Part shown: positions 1 through 11,311 of the stretch, one piece after another
Numbering within the stretch: the first letter of the stretch is position 1
Layout: each line of letters opens with the position of its first letter
Assembly: GCF_963921235.1 (NCBI RefSeq)
Contig: NC_086108.1
Span: forward strand, 112,284,001-112,348,000
Length of the DNA: 64,000 nt
Direction: 5' to 3'
From: Mobula hypostoma
Taxonomy: Eukaryota
Made by a program: the position numbers and the translations under genes
Notes under the pieces: generated by a model
Seen by the model: the letters and a program-made list of their open reading frames with translations, nothing else
Databases searched by the model: none
Told to the model about the DNA's origin: nothing

Positions 1-620
1 ATAGTGTAGAAGTTGGCATAGGTTACAATAGCATATTGACATGGTGCAGAGCGGGGCAGAGGAGCGGCAGATAGAATTCAATCTGGAAGAGCGTAAAGTG
101 AAAATTGATCTTGAAGAAAGTACAGAGTTAATAGCTGGATTCTTAGCAGTCAGGAGGAACAGAGATTTGGGATTTATATCCATAGACTCCGTAAAGTTGC
201 TACACAATTTGATAGATGATTAAGGTGTGTGGTATGTTGGCTTTCATTAATTCAGGGATTGGGTAATGTTGGAACTCTAAAAACTTTGGTTAGACTACAC
301 TTGGGAGTATTGTGTTCTGTATGGTCACCTCAAAAGGAAGGATTGAGAGGCTTTGGAAAGAGTGCAGAAGAGATTTACCTGAATGCTGCCTTGACTAGAG
401 AACATGTTCTGGGGAAGCTTAGTGAGTTAGGGATTTTCTTTGGCACAAAGGTGAATAGAGACAACTTGAGAGAGCTGTACAAAGATCAGAGCCAGTAGAC
501 AGTCAAATACTTCCCCAGGGCAGAAATACCAGAGGGCATCCTTTTAAGGTAACTGGAGGAATGTTTATGTGAGATTTCTGAGAGTTCTTTCACAAAAAAA
601 TGGTGGTAAGTGGCTGGTAC
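1..620 (+). mobile_element. Old, degenerate CR1 LINE ORF2 3' fragment
   Basis: Decayed KTLVRLHL..CSVWSP..LERVQKRFT motifs (ORF 229..498). Confidence 0.75.
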
Positions 621-665
621 ACTGTGAATTGACATTACTTTATTAATACATCTTCCATATACATT

Positions 666-950
666 AGGCCAGCTGGTGGCATAGTGGCATCAGCACTGGA
701 CTTTCGGGGTGAGAGGTCCCGAGTTCGAATCCGGCCTGCTACCTTGTACGCTCTCCATCCGTGCCTGGGTTGAGTGTCGAGCTAACAACTCAACTTCTTT
801 AAAAAAAACCTGGAGAGGGATGGGCTCCACCAGGTTTCAGATGCCCAAGACATACCATACAATGAGCATACCAAAAAGATCGGTGCAAAGAAGCCTGTCA
901 TGACGGCGCCCTAACGACTCTACCAGGAGTTAAGGGCGCACACGCATACA
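666..950 (+). mobile_element. tRNA-derived SINE
   Basis: Pol III A box TGGCATAGTGG (677-687), B box GAGTTCGAATCC (721-732), CA-rich tail; ATACAT flanks both ends. Confidence 0.7.
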
Positions 951-959
951 TGGAGTTAA

Positions 960-1975
960 AAACTTTTACGTTATGTCGCCCTTCAAATGTGCAATTATAG
1001 TAATTTATTACAGGGTAGTCAATATAACCCAAAATACAGTTGTGTCAGCATGAATTAAGCAGTCTGATGGCCTGGTGGAAGAAGCTGTCCCAGAGCCTGT
1101 TGGTACTGGTTTTTATGCTGTGGTACCTTTTCCTGGATGGTAGCAGCTACACACACACACCCGTCTTTGTAAATGTCCTGAATAGAGGGAAGTTCACATC
1201 TACAGATGCACTGGACTGTCCACACCACTCTCTGCAGAGTCCTGCAATTGAGGGAAGTACAGTTCCCATACCAAGCAGTGATGCAGCCAGTCAATGTTCC
1301 CCAATAGAAAGTTCTTAGAAGATGGGGGCCCATACCAAACTTCAACCATCTGAGCCAGTACGTACAGACCATGAGATCCTCGGTGATTACACCGAGAAAC
1401 TTGAAACTGTTCACCCTCTCAACCCCAGGTCTATTGCTGTCTATAGGGGTTTGCCTGTCTCCATTCCTCCTGTAATCCACAACCAGGTCCTTTATTTAGG
1501 CAATGATGATGGAGAGGTTGTTTTCTTGACACCCTGTATCAGGGTGATGACTTCCCCTCCACAGGTTGCCTCATTACTATTTGAGATTAGGCCAGTGTAG
1601 TGTCGTCGGCAAATTTAATTAGCAGATTAGAGCTGTGGTTGGTGACACAGTCATGGATATTCAGAGAGTAAAGGAGAGGGCTTAGTACACAGCTCTGACT
1701 GGCACCTGTGTTGAGGGTCAGAGGTGGGGGAGCTCACTCTTACCACCTGTTGGCGATCTTGACAGGAAGTCCAGGATCCAGTTACACAAGGCAGGGTGAA
1801 GACTGAGGTTTCTGAGCTTCTTGTCAAGCCTGAAGGGAATTATGGTGTTGAATGCTAAACTCTACTCCAAGAACAACATTCTCACATAAGCATCTCTTCT
1901 CCAGCTGTGTAAGGACGGTGTGTAGAGCTGTGGCTATTGCGTCATCTGTCAATCAGTTATGTTGGTAGGCAAATT
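960..1975 (-). mobile_element. Rex1/Babar LINE RT 3' fragment
   Basis: ORF 1055..1480: VERVNSFKFLGV, FYWGT..LTGCITAWYGNC..LQRVV, typical of the Rex1 C-terminal region. Confidence 0.8.
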
Positions 1976-3128
1976 GCCAATATAACAGGAAGTCTTAAGA
2001 GACTCCAGGTACATGGACGCAAGAAAAATGTAAAGTTATATTGGAGGGAAGAGTTAGATTGATCAGAGTTGGCTATACAAGTCAGCACAATATTGTAGGG
2101 CAAAAGGGCTCATACTGTGCTGTATTGTTCTACAAGTCTAGAATACAGACTGGAAGTTAGCATGATGCCCGAGAGGGAGATGCACAACTTCTATCAATTA
2201 TACGTTTTGCCATATTTACTTTAGCCCTCCTTGGAAACAGAAACAGGTTTATTATAAGACCATAAGATAGGAGCAGAATTGGGACATTTGGCCCATCAAG
2301 CCCACTCCGCCATTTCATCATGGCTGATCCAATTTTACCCTCAGCCCCAATCTGCTGCCTTCTCCACATATCCCTTCATGTGCTGACCAATTAAGAATCC
2401 ATCAACCTCTACCTTAAATATACGTAAAGACTTGGCCTCCACAGCTGCCTGTTTAACAAAGAATTCCACAGATTCACTATTCTATATGTAACCCACAGGC
2501 TCAACCCAGGTGTAAGGCAGTGACATAGCTCCCCAAAACAGCAGAGGTCACACTCTACACTTCCCCGGTGCTACATGAGCCAGCCTATCTGGCGGTCTCC
2601 TAATTCTCCAAGACCGCCAGACCCCCTCATTTAACTCTTCAGGTTCAGACACTACCGGGGATACTTCTGGTCTTCCTAGCGTGTCCTCCCCCGATCTATC
2701 ACTAATGCCCACCTGCAACTCTGTACCCTGTCCCATGGTCAAACCCCACTTCCTTCCCTGCAGAGTCCCGCCACAACCCAGGCTGCCCACAGAGCCCGCC
2801 CCCCCCCCCACCACTTCACCTGTCTCACTGGGAGAAGGGCTGGGAGTCTCTTCCTCAATCAATGGGGAGTTAGCAAAAGGCAGCATCTACCACACATCCA
2901 GGTCCTCACCCTCTGAATTAGTAACCCTCTCAGGGGTAGGGGCCAGCCTAACCTTGCCTGTTACGGGCTCCGTAGTCGCCCCGCATTTCCGCAGAGTCCT
3001 CTTACTAGGTGCAGGCTCCAAGTCAGGCTCTGGGTCTACCTGCACCTCTTGACCCAGGAGCAACAGGTGGTTCTGATGGAGAATCTTGACAGGCCCATTC
3101 TCATCCTCTGGTTTCACCCAGAAAACTG

Positions 3129-3617
3129 GTGAGGTCAGCAAAGGTCATCGGGGTCTCTCTTCCTGCCATTACAGACATTTACACCACACGCTGCATCCGT
3201 AAAGCAAACAGTATTATGAAGGACCCCACACACCCCTCATACAAACTCTTTTCCCTCCTGCCACTTGGCAAAAGGCACCGAAGCATTTGGGCTCTCACGA
3301 CCAGACTATGTAACAGCTTCTTCCCCCAAGCCATCAGACTCCTCAATACCCAGAGCCTGGACTGACGCCAACCTACTGCCCTCTACTGTGCCTATTGCCT
3401 TGTTTATTATTTATTGTAATGCCTGCACTGTTTTGTGCACTTTATGCAGTCCTGGATAGGTCTGTAGTCTAGTGTAGTTTGTGTTGTTTTACGTAGTTCA
3501 GTGTAGTTTTTGTATTGTTTCATGTAGCACCATGGTCCTGAAAAACATTGTCTTGTTTTTACCGTGTGCTGTACCAGCAGTTATGGTCGAAATGACAATA
3601 AAAAGTGACTTGACTTT
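3129..3617 (+). mobile_element. 5'-truncated Rex1 LINE 3' end inserted into the Gypsy integrase tail
   Basis: VRSAKVIGVSLP..KDPTHPSYKLFSLLPLGKR; GACTT tail; near-identical to 17300-17790; the flanks rejoin to the integrase frame (NLP|VFWV). Confidence 0.85.
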
Positions 3618-5742
3618 GTAGGTTTAGCATCTGACTCTCCACCCCATAGGGCATAGCCACCTAACAGTCAGCCAACTTATGCTTTCCAGGTAGCCCCAAA
3701 TTCCTTATGAGGACTCTCCCAGCAGGAGTTGGGAAAACCTCACTTTTTGATCATACCTCCTCTTATTTCCTCGATTCTGCTTGGCAGCCACAACCCCAGC
3801 TAATTCATAAGCCTTTTTCAACTTTCTTTTCACCTCAGATACACACTTCAGATAAGCCTGTGGCATCCAGTTTCACCGAGGTCAGGGTATAAGTTAGAGG
3901 GTTGTTGTCCGTCCTCACCTCAAACTTGGCCCCGTAAAAGTAGTCACTCAGCTTATCTACCACCACCCATTTTAACACCAGAACTTCCAACTTGTGCGTG
4001 GGATAGATTTTCTGGGAGGGCAGTAGACTCCGGCTGACAAACGCAATTGGTCTCAACCCGCTGCCCATTTCCTGATACAGGATGCCCCTCTAAACCCTCC
4101 CGGCTGGCATTCGTGTGCAGTACATAAAGCAATCGAGGATCCACAAAAGCCAGCACTGGCGCTTGGGTCAGTAGCTCCTTCAACGACTGAAAGGCCTCTT
4201 CACAGTTTGGACCAAGGAGGGATGTAAAGGGCTCTGACAGGTTAAGATACTCTCCACCCTCCTGTCCCTTCCCCAAGGGAGGGTAACTGTACAGAAGCTG
4301 ATTCAACGGGTGACTCACTTTCACGTAACCTTTCACGAACCTCTGATAGTAACCACAAAACCTGAAGAATGAGCGCAGAGCACTCACATTCTGGGGTCTT
4401 GACTAAGTGGAAACTGCCTCTTAGCTGGATCTGTAGTTACTCCATCCCGTGAGACTGTCCAACATAGCTAACAGACGTCTTGCAGAACTGGCACTTGTCC
4501 AGGTAAAAGTTTTAATCCTTCAGCTTTCAGGCAGTCCAGCACCTTCAGCAGCCTCGCTTCATGTTCTTCCAAGGTAGATCCAAATATTATGAGGTCATCC
4601 AGATACACCAATACCTCAAGCAAATTCATATCCCCCACCATCTTCTCCATGACTCGCTGGAAGGTTGCAGGAGCTCCCGATATGCCCTGGGGCATCCATT
4701 CAAACTGGACGAAAAGGCCACCTTCTCTTTGTCAGCCTCACTCATGGGGATGTGGTAATATTTACTTCTTGAATCCAGTACACTGAACTACTTCGCACCA
4801 TTCAGACAGGCTAGCACATCTTTGATCCTCAGTACCGTGTACTGGTCAGGGAAGGGGCGCCCATTCACAGTCCTATAGTCCACACACATCCGTATCTTCC
4901 CATTCTTCTTCCGGGCCATTATTGGGGACACATAATCCCAGCTTCTTTCAACTTACACAAACGCTGTCGCACATCTTCCACATCTGCAGGGGCCAGTCGC
5001 CGCAACCTCTCTCTAAACAGGGTGTCCTCGATCACCCGGATAGTGTGACGTATGCTCTTGGAACAACTCACATCAAACTTGTCAGTGGAAAAGACACCTT
5101 CCAGCTTCAACATCTTCTCTACCAACCTCCTCTTCCAACCCACAGGAATTGAGGAGTCCCCAAAGTTGAATGACTCAGGTTGAATGACAACTTGCCCCCT
5201 TTTTCCATAGTTTCACCCCAGCATGTCTCACAGGGGCACTAGACATTACCGTCACCAGGAACAAATGCGCCAGGAGTATCCCCCGCTTGAAGGTGACCTC
5301 CCTCTTCGTAGTGTTCCTGACAATCACTGATATCCTGCTTGCCTATACAACCAAGGGCTTCTGCAATTTGGGCTTCACCAGTACCCCAGCAGGAAATCCC
5401 AACTCCCCCTCATGGTCTTCAGGATTGTCCACTAAGATTCCTTCACCCTCAGGCACTCCGGGAAATCTGGAGGTCCCCATTACTCTCGCTACTTCCCCAG
5501 GCAGTACTACCATTGGACCACACAGTCCCTCGTCTAAATTCGGTATCCAGCCTGATGCAGCCACGCACTTCCTCAAAAGCAGCTCGAAACACCGGGTGAA
5601 CAGAATTTTCCCAGAAAACTCTCGCCAGCCTTCTCCTTGCAGGCCCCCACGAGCCTCCTCACAAGAGGCATGTTGGTCCCCACCAGAATTGAAACGCCGC
5701 CCTTCTCAACAGGGTCCGGACAAACCAGCACCAATGTATCAA

Positions 5743-5957
5743 GCAACACACATCAAAGTTGCTGGTGAACCCAGCAGGCCAGGCAGCATCTGTAGGAAGA
5801 GGTGCAGTCAATGTTTCAGGCCGAGACCCTTCGTCAGGACTCGGCCTGAAACGTCGACTGCACCTCTTCCTACAGATGCTGCTTGGCCTGCTGCGTTCAC
5901 CAGCAACTTTGATGTGTGTTGCTTGAATTTCCAGCATCTGCAGAATTCCTGTTGTTT
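5743..5957. mobile_element. Palindromic mini Penelope-like (pLTR) insertion with 13-bp TSD
   Basis: TSD ACCAATGTATCAA at 5730-5742 and 5958-5970; inverted arms; same sequence as the terminus of the GIY-YIG element at 13541. Confidence 0.85.
5805..5841 (-). ncRNA. Minimal type-I hammerhead ribozyme motif (PLE-associated; cleavage triplet decayed to AUU)
   Basis: AGUC-CUGACGA-AGGGUCUCGGCCU-GAAAC-AUU-GACUG: stem I AGUC/GACU, core CUGANGA and GAAA. Confidence 0.65.
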
Positions 5958-7036
5958 ACCAATGTATCAAAGACCTCAGACACTCCCACATCGGCCTCTG
6001 AGAAATCCAACTTCACTGACAAATAACTGTCGTGTGGATAATCATTAGCACTAAGCCCCCAGATGTCCAGTGCCCTGAATGGTGTCAATGGTATATGCTT
6101 CAGATACCAGCTGTAAAACAAAAGGTACAACATGACCTGCAACCCAGTGTCGAGTATGGTTTCAGCATGAATACCCTCCATTCATAGCGACACACTGGAG
6201 CATGGACCCACTGAGCTTTCAGGAATAGGGCCTTTCGCTTTCGGGGGTTCCTTGGTACATTGCTGGGAATGTGTTCCTCCAGAGACACCAGGCCATTCCC
6301 TCAGAGTCTCCTCTAGGTTTTCCCAACGACTCTCCCTGCTTAGGTACCCAGGGGCTCACTCTCCTTCTGGCATGACACCTGCTGCCAGCAGACCTCTGCA
6401 TTGTTCGTCCCCTTGGGGGATCTGCCCCCCTGCCATCAGTTCCATCATATGGGGGAGGGAGTCCACACCCACTGATAACAGCCAACATATCTCCGGTCTC
6501 AACTCTGCCACAATCTCCTCTACCGCTCCCCGGGGTAGGCTATCTGTGGTCACTTCACAGGGGACTACTACAAGGACTGTACCCTGCTGAAGGAGTCCTC
6601 CTGCCCCTTCGCCGCATTCTCCTCTTCTTGTACCTCTCTGATCAGCTCAACAAAAGATGGAGGGGGACACGTCTTACAAGACTGTCGGAGACCCCAAGCA
6701 ATCAAGACATGGGACTGGGTGCCCCTGGCTATCTGGTCCACTCTTAACTGATCCTCCTCAGCCGCCTGAATGACTCCTCTGTGCTGCAAGTAATTTAGCT
6801 GCCTCTAGCCGAAAAATAAAAGCAGAAAGCTTCTCCCCCTTCTCCTGATGCACGTTCTGAAACCCCGCCATGAGCTCCATTGGGCTCCCTGTCAGGCCAA
6901 AAGCATTGTCCAGTGCTTGCATGTAATTGACAGCTGGCACTACCAGATATTTCAACCTGACAGCTCTCACAACGTCAGTGGCTCGCCCATTCAAACTTTC
7001 AACCAATCTCTGTTGCTTTACATCAGAGCACTGCCA

Positions 7037-7160
7037 CTCAGCTAAGAACTGAAAGGTCCACTCCGCTAAGAACTGAAAGGTCCACTCCGCTAAGAACTGA
7101 AAGGTCCACTCCGCTAAGAACTGAAAGGTCTACTCCGCTAAGAACTGAAAGGTCTACTCC
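7037..7160. repeat. 24-bp minisatellite, ~5.2 copies (CTCCGCTAAGAACTGAAAGGTCYA)
   Basis: Units start at 7037, 7061, 7085, 7109 and 7133, inside Gypsy gag. Confidence 0.95.
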
Positions 7161-7591
7161 ATCCAAGCCTCATACTCCTCTTCCCCTTTAGGGATGGGTG
7201 TTATTCCAGAGAATAGGCGGAGTCTGCCATAGCTGGGACTTTGAATCTGATTTTTCTATTTATTCGCCAGAGAAGTAAGGGTGGATACTAACTCAGAATT
7301 CTCACTTCACCAGGGGATGTGGACTAATTAGACATTCCAAATCCGACCACTCTTTCCCCTCACTCCTCAGAAACGAAGGAACCCTGTCTTTGAAATCTCC
7401 ACCCCCAGCTACCACTACCTCAACGCTGGTCTGCATTAAAACAAGAGCTGCGCCCGCCATTTTATCAAACCTCTGCCCGCAATCGCAACTTTAACAGTAC
7501 TAGCAGACAAATTAACAATTCATCCGGAGTACAAATATCTACCCCACTGGTTCATTGCTCAGGGTAATCACACAGCATCCAACAGAATCAA

Positions 7592-7610
7592 ACCCGGACG
7601 AGCCCCCGCA
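7592..7610 (-). other. Primer-binding site complementary to tRNA-Pro 3' end
   Basis: Minus strand TGCGGGGGCTCGTCCGGGT, 2 nt after the LTR; the canonical tRNA-Pro PBS is TGGGGGCTCGTCCGGGAT. Confidence 0.8.
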
Positions 7611-7612
7611 AT

Positions 7613-8204
7613 TGTAACCCTCAGGCTCAGCCAGCACGTGTTCGTTTAGGGGAAGACAACTTCTGGCCCCGCCAAACTGAGAAATCTCGTTCGTGTGGAT
7701 GCTGCGTGATGTGTTGCCCAGTTACAAATCCACACCGCAAAAATATCAGACAGTACACCATATGCAATTAACTGATTGAACTTTATAAATCTTAAACTGA
7801 ATATAGGGTTATTAAAGAAAATAAAAAGAAAAAGGGTCCATTTTAAGAGAAAAATCTAAAGTGCATGCTGGAGCTCACAAATACAGCCATTCATCAACCA
7901 TCGACCTCCTCCAAGTGTCGCCGACCTTTGGACCCTCACTCCCGGTCCACTCCGTCTGGTGGTCTCCCAGCTCTCTCTCTCCACATGCACCTTCCTTCTT
8001 TTCTTGCCAACCAAAAGACTCCAAAAATCTCTATTCCAGACTCACAAGCATTTCTCTCATTGTGTGGGCCGCCCTCCCACATCCCAAGCCCTGTTACCTC
8101 CTGTCATAACCCAAACATTGCTGCTACAGGAAAACCATTACATTAGCAGTGAAACATTACAAAGAAGGCATTACATTAGCAGTAAAACCTTACAGCTCGT
8201 TACA
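7613..8204 (-). repeat. 5' LTR of the Gypsy element (592 bp)
   Basis: Bounded by TGTAAC/GTTACA inverted ends and immediately followed on the minus strand by a PBS. Confidence 0.85.
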
Positions 8205-9325
8205 TCTAGTTAAAGAAATTCACCATCTCCATTCCAAAAGGATGCCCATCTATTCTGAGGATGTGTCCATTGGTCTTTGACTCTCAACCATAGGAAACAT
8301 CCTCTGCACATCCACTCTCCAAGGCCTTTCACCATTCGATAGGTTTTCAATAAGGTCACCCCTATTTCTTCTGAATTCCAGTGAATAAAGGCCCAAAACC
8401 ATCAAATGCTCTTCATGACAAGCCATTCAATCCTAGAACCATTTTTGTTAATCTCTTTTGAACCATCTCCAGTTTCAGCACATCCTTTCTAAGATAAAGG
8501 GCACAAACCTGTACACAATACTCTCAGTGAGACCGCCAGTGCTTTATAAAGTTTCAACATTACATCCTTGCTTTTATATTCTGGTCCTCTTGAAATGAAT
8601 GCTAACATTGCATTTGCCTTCCTCACCAGAGTCAACCTGCAAATTAATCTTTAGGGAATCCTGCACAAGGACTAAAGTCCCTTTGCATCTCAGTTTTTTT
8701 CTTGTATTCTCTCCATTTAGAAAATAATCAACCCTTTCATTTCTTCTACCAAAGTGCATGACCATACACTTCCCAGCACTGTATTCTATCTGCTACTTAT
8801 TTGCCCATTCTCCTAATCTGTACAAATCCTTGTGCAGCCCCTCTACTTTCTCAAAACTACCTGCCACTCAAGCTATCGTCATATCATCTGTAAATTGTGC
8901 AAGCCATCAATTTCATCATCCAAATCATTGACGTATAACAAAAAGATCAGTCCCCACAGAGACCCCCTAGTCACTGGCAGCCAGTCAGAAAAGATCCTTT
9001 ATTCCCACTCTTTGCCTCATGCTTTATCCATGCTAGAATCTTTCCTCTAATACCATGGGCTTGTAGCTTATCAGCTTCGTGTGGCACTTTGTCAAAGGCC
9101 TTCTTAAAAAACCCAAGTACACAACATCAACCAATTCTCCATTGTATATCCTGCTTGTTACTTCTAAGGATTCCAACAGGTTTGTCAAGCAAGATTTTCC
9201 CTCAAAGAAACAATGAAGGTTATAGCCCATTTTATAATAAGTACCCCGAGTGCTCGAACTTAATAATCAATTCTAACATCTTCACAACTACTGAGATCAG
9301 ATTAACTGGTCTCTCATTTCTACCC

Positions 9326-11311
9326 TATATCAAGGGATATAGGAAACTTGGTTTGGAAAAAGAGAGGGATTTACAATAAATATAGGCAGCTTGGAGTTAA
9401 TGATGTGCTCGAGGAATATAAAGAATGTAAAAAGAATCTTAAGAAATTAGAAAAGCTAAAAGATACGAGGCAGCTTTAGCAAGTAAGGTGAAAATAAATC
9501 CAAAGGGTTTCTATAGTTATATAAATAGCAAAAGGATAGTGAGGGATAAAATTGGTCCCTTAGAAAATCAGAGTGGACGGCTATGTGCAGAACCAAAAGA
9601 GATGGGGGAGATTTTGAACAATTTCTTTTCTTCGGTATTCACTAAGGAGAAGGATATTGAATTGTGTAAGGTAAAGGAAACAAGAAGGGTAGCTATGGAA
9701 AGTATGACAATTAAATTAAGAGGAAGTACTGGCGCTTTTAAGGAATATAAAAGTGGATAAGTCTTTGGGTCCGGACAAGATATTCCCTAGGATCTTGAGG
9801 GAAGTTAGTGTGGAAATAGCAGGGGCTCTGACAGAAATATTTCAAATGTCATTAGAAACAGGGATGGTGCCAGAGGATTGGTGTATTGCTCATGTTTCCA
9901 TTGTTTAAAAAGGGTTCTAAGAGTAAATCTGGCAATTATCGGCCTGTGAGTTTGACATCAGTGGTGGGTAAATTGATGAAAAATATTCTTAGAGATGGTA
10001 TATATAATTATCTGGATAGACAGGGTCTGATTAGGAACAGTCAATATGGATTTGTGCGTGGAAGGTCATGTTTGACAAATCTTATTGAATTTTTTGAAGA
10101 GGTTACTAGGAAAGTTGACCAGGGTAAAGCAGTGGATGTTGTCTATATGGACTTCAGTAAGGCCTCGACAAGGTTCCACACAGAAGGTTGGTTAGGAAGG
10201 TTCAATCGTTAGGCATTAATATCGAAGCAGTAAAATGGATTCAGCAGTGGCTGGATGGGAGATGCCAGAGAGTGGTGGTGGATAACTGTCAGATTGGAGG
10301 ACGGTGTGTAGCGGTGTGTCTCAGGGATCTGTACTGGGTCCAATGTTGTTTGTCATATATGTTAATGATCTGAATGATGGGGTGGTAAATTGGATTAGTT
10401 AAGTATGCAGATGATACTAAGATAGGTGGAGTTGTGGATAATGAAGTGGGTTTTCAAAGCTTACAAAGAGATTTAGGCCAGTTAGAAGAGTGGGCTGAAA
10501 GATGGCAGATGGAGTTTAATGCTACATTTTGGTAGGACTAATCAAAATAGGACACACATGCTAAATGGTAGGGCATTGAAGAATGCTGTAGAACAGAAGG
10601 ATCCAGGAATAATGGTGCATAGTTCCCTGAAGGTGGAATCTCATGTGGATAGGGCGGTGAAGAAAGCTTTTGGTATGCTGGCCCTTATAAATCAGAGCAT
10701 TGAGTATAGGAGTTGGGATGTAATGTTGAAATTGTATACGGCATTGGTAAGGCCAAATTTGGAGTACAGTATTGTATACAGTTCTGGTCACCGAATTATA
10801 GGAAAGATGTCAATAAAATTGACAGAGTACAGAGGAGGTTTACTAAAATGTTGCCTGGGTTTCATCTCCTAAGTTACAGAGGAAGGTTGAACAAGTTAGG
10901 TCTTTATTCTTCGGAGCGCAGAAGGTTGGGAAGGGACTTGATAGAGGTGTTTAAAATTATGAGGGGGATTGATAGAGTTGACATGGATAGGCTTTTTCCA
11001 TTGTGAGTGGGGGAGATTCAAACAAGAGGACATGAGTTGAGAGTTAAAGGGCAAAAGTTTAAAGGTAACATGAGGGGGAACTTCTTTACTCAGAGAGTGG
11101 TGGTTGTGTGGAACAAACTTCCAGCAGAAGTAGTTGAGGCAGGTTTGATGTTGTCATTTAAAGTTAATTTGTACAGATATATGGACAGGAAGGAAATGGA
11201 GGGTTATGGACCGAGAGCAGGTTGGTGGGACTAGGTGAGAGTAGGAGTTCGGCATGGACTAGAAGGGCCGAGATGGCCTGTTTCCGTGCTGTAATTGTTA
11301 TATGGTTATAT
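9326..11311 (+). mobile_element. CR1 LINE ORF2 (RT), 5'-truncated and frameshifted
   Basis: PLFKKGSK..GNYRPVSLTSVVGK, QYGFVRGRSCLTNL, DVVYMDFSK, YADD region, FFTQRVV; 3' UTR with ATGGTT-type tail. Confidence 0.9.

Larger units (their letters stand above)
2487..8204 (-). mobile_element. Gypsy/Ty3 LTR retrotransposon, decayed: PNMA-like gag, protease, RT, RNase H, integrase C-terminus
   Basis: TGTAAC...GTTACA termini and 4-bp TSD TATA/TCTA. gag ESLNG..QALDNAFG..QEKGEKLSAFIFRLE; protease ILDTG; RT YLDDLIIF; RNase H LHTNAS and FEVRTDNNPLTY; integrase tail KILHQNHLL. Many frameshifts and stops. Confidence 0.92.

Noticed and set aside
666..740. tRNA gene
   Set aside because: A and B boxes continue into a SINE body and simple-repeat tail; there is no clean cloverleaf or terminator.
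2150..2245. Possible SYDE2 exon 2 (minus-strand acceptor-like TGTTTCCAAG)
   Set aside because: The translation does not resemble the expected SYDE2 continuation and hits a stop quickly.
5287..6048. 253-aa plus-strand ORF as a novel gene
   Set aside because: It is antisense to Gypsy pol and runs through a palindromic PLE insert; no recognisable domain.
7037..7160. CRISPR-like array
   Set aside because: Repeats are head-to-tail with no spacers, lie in a eukaryotic gag, and no cas genes are present.
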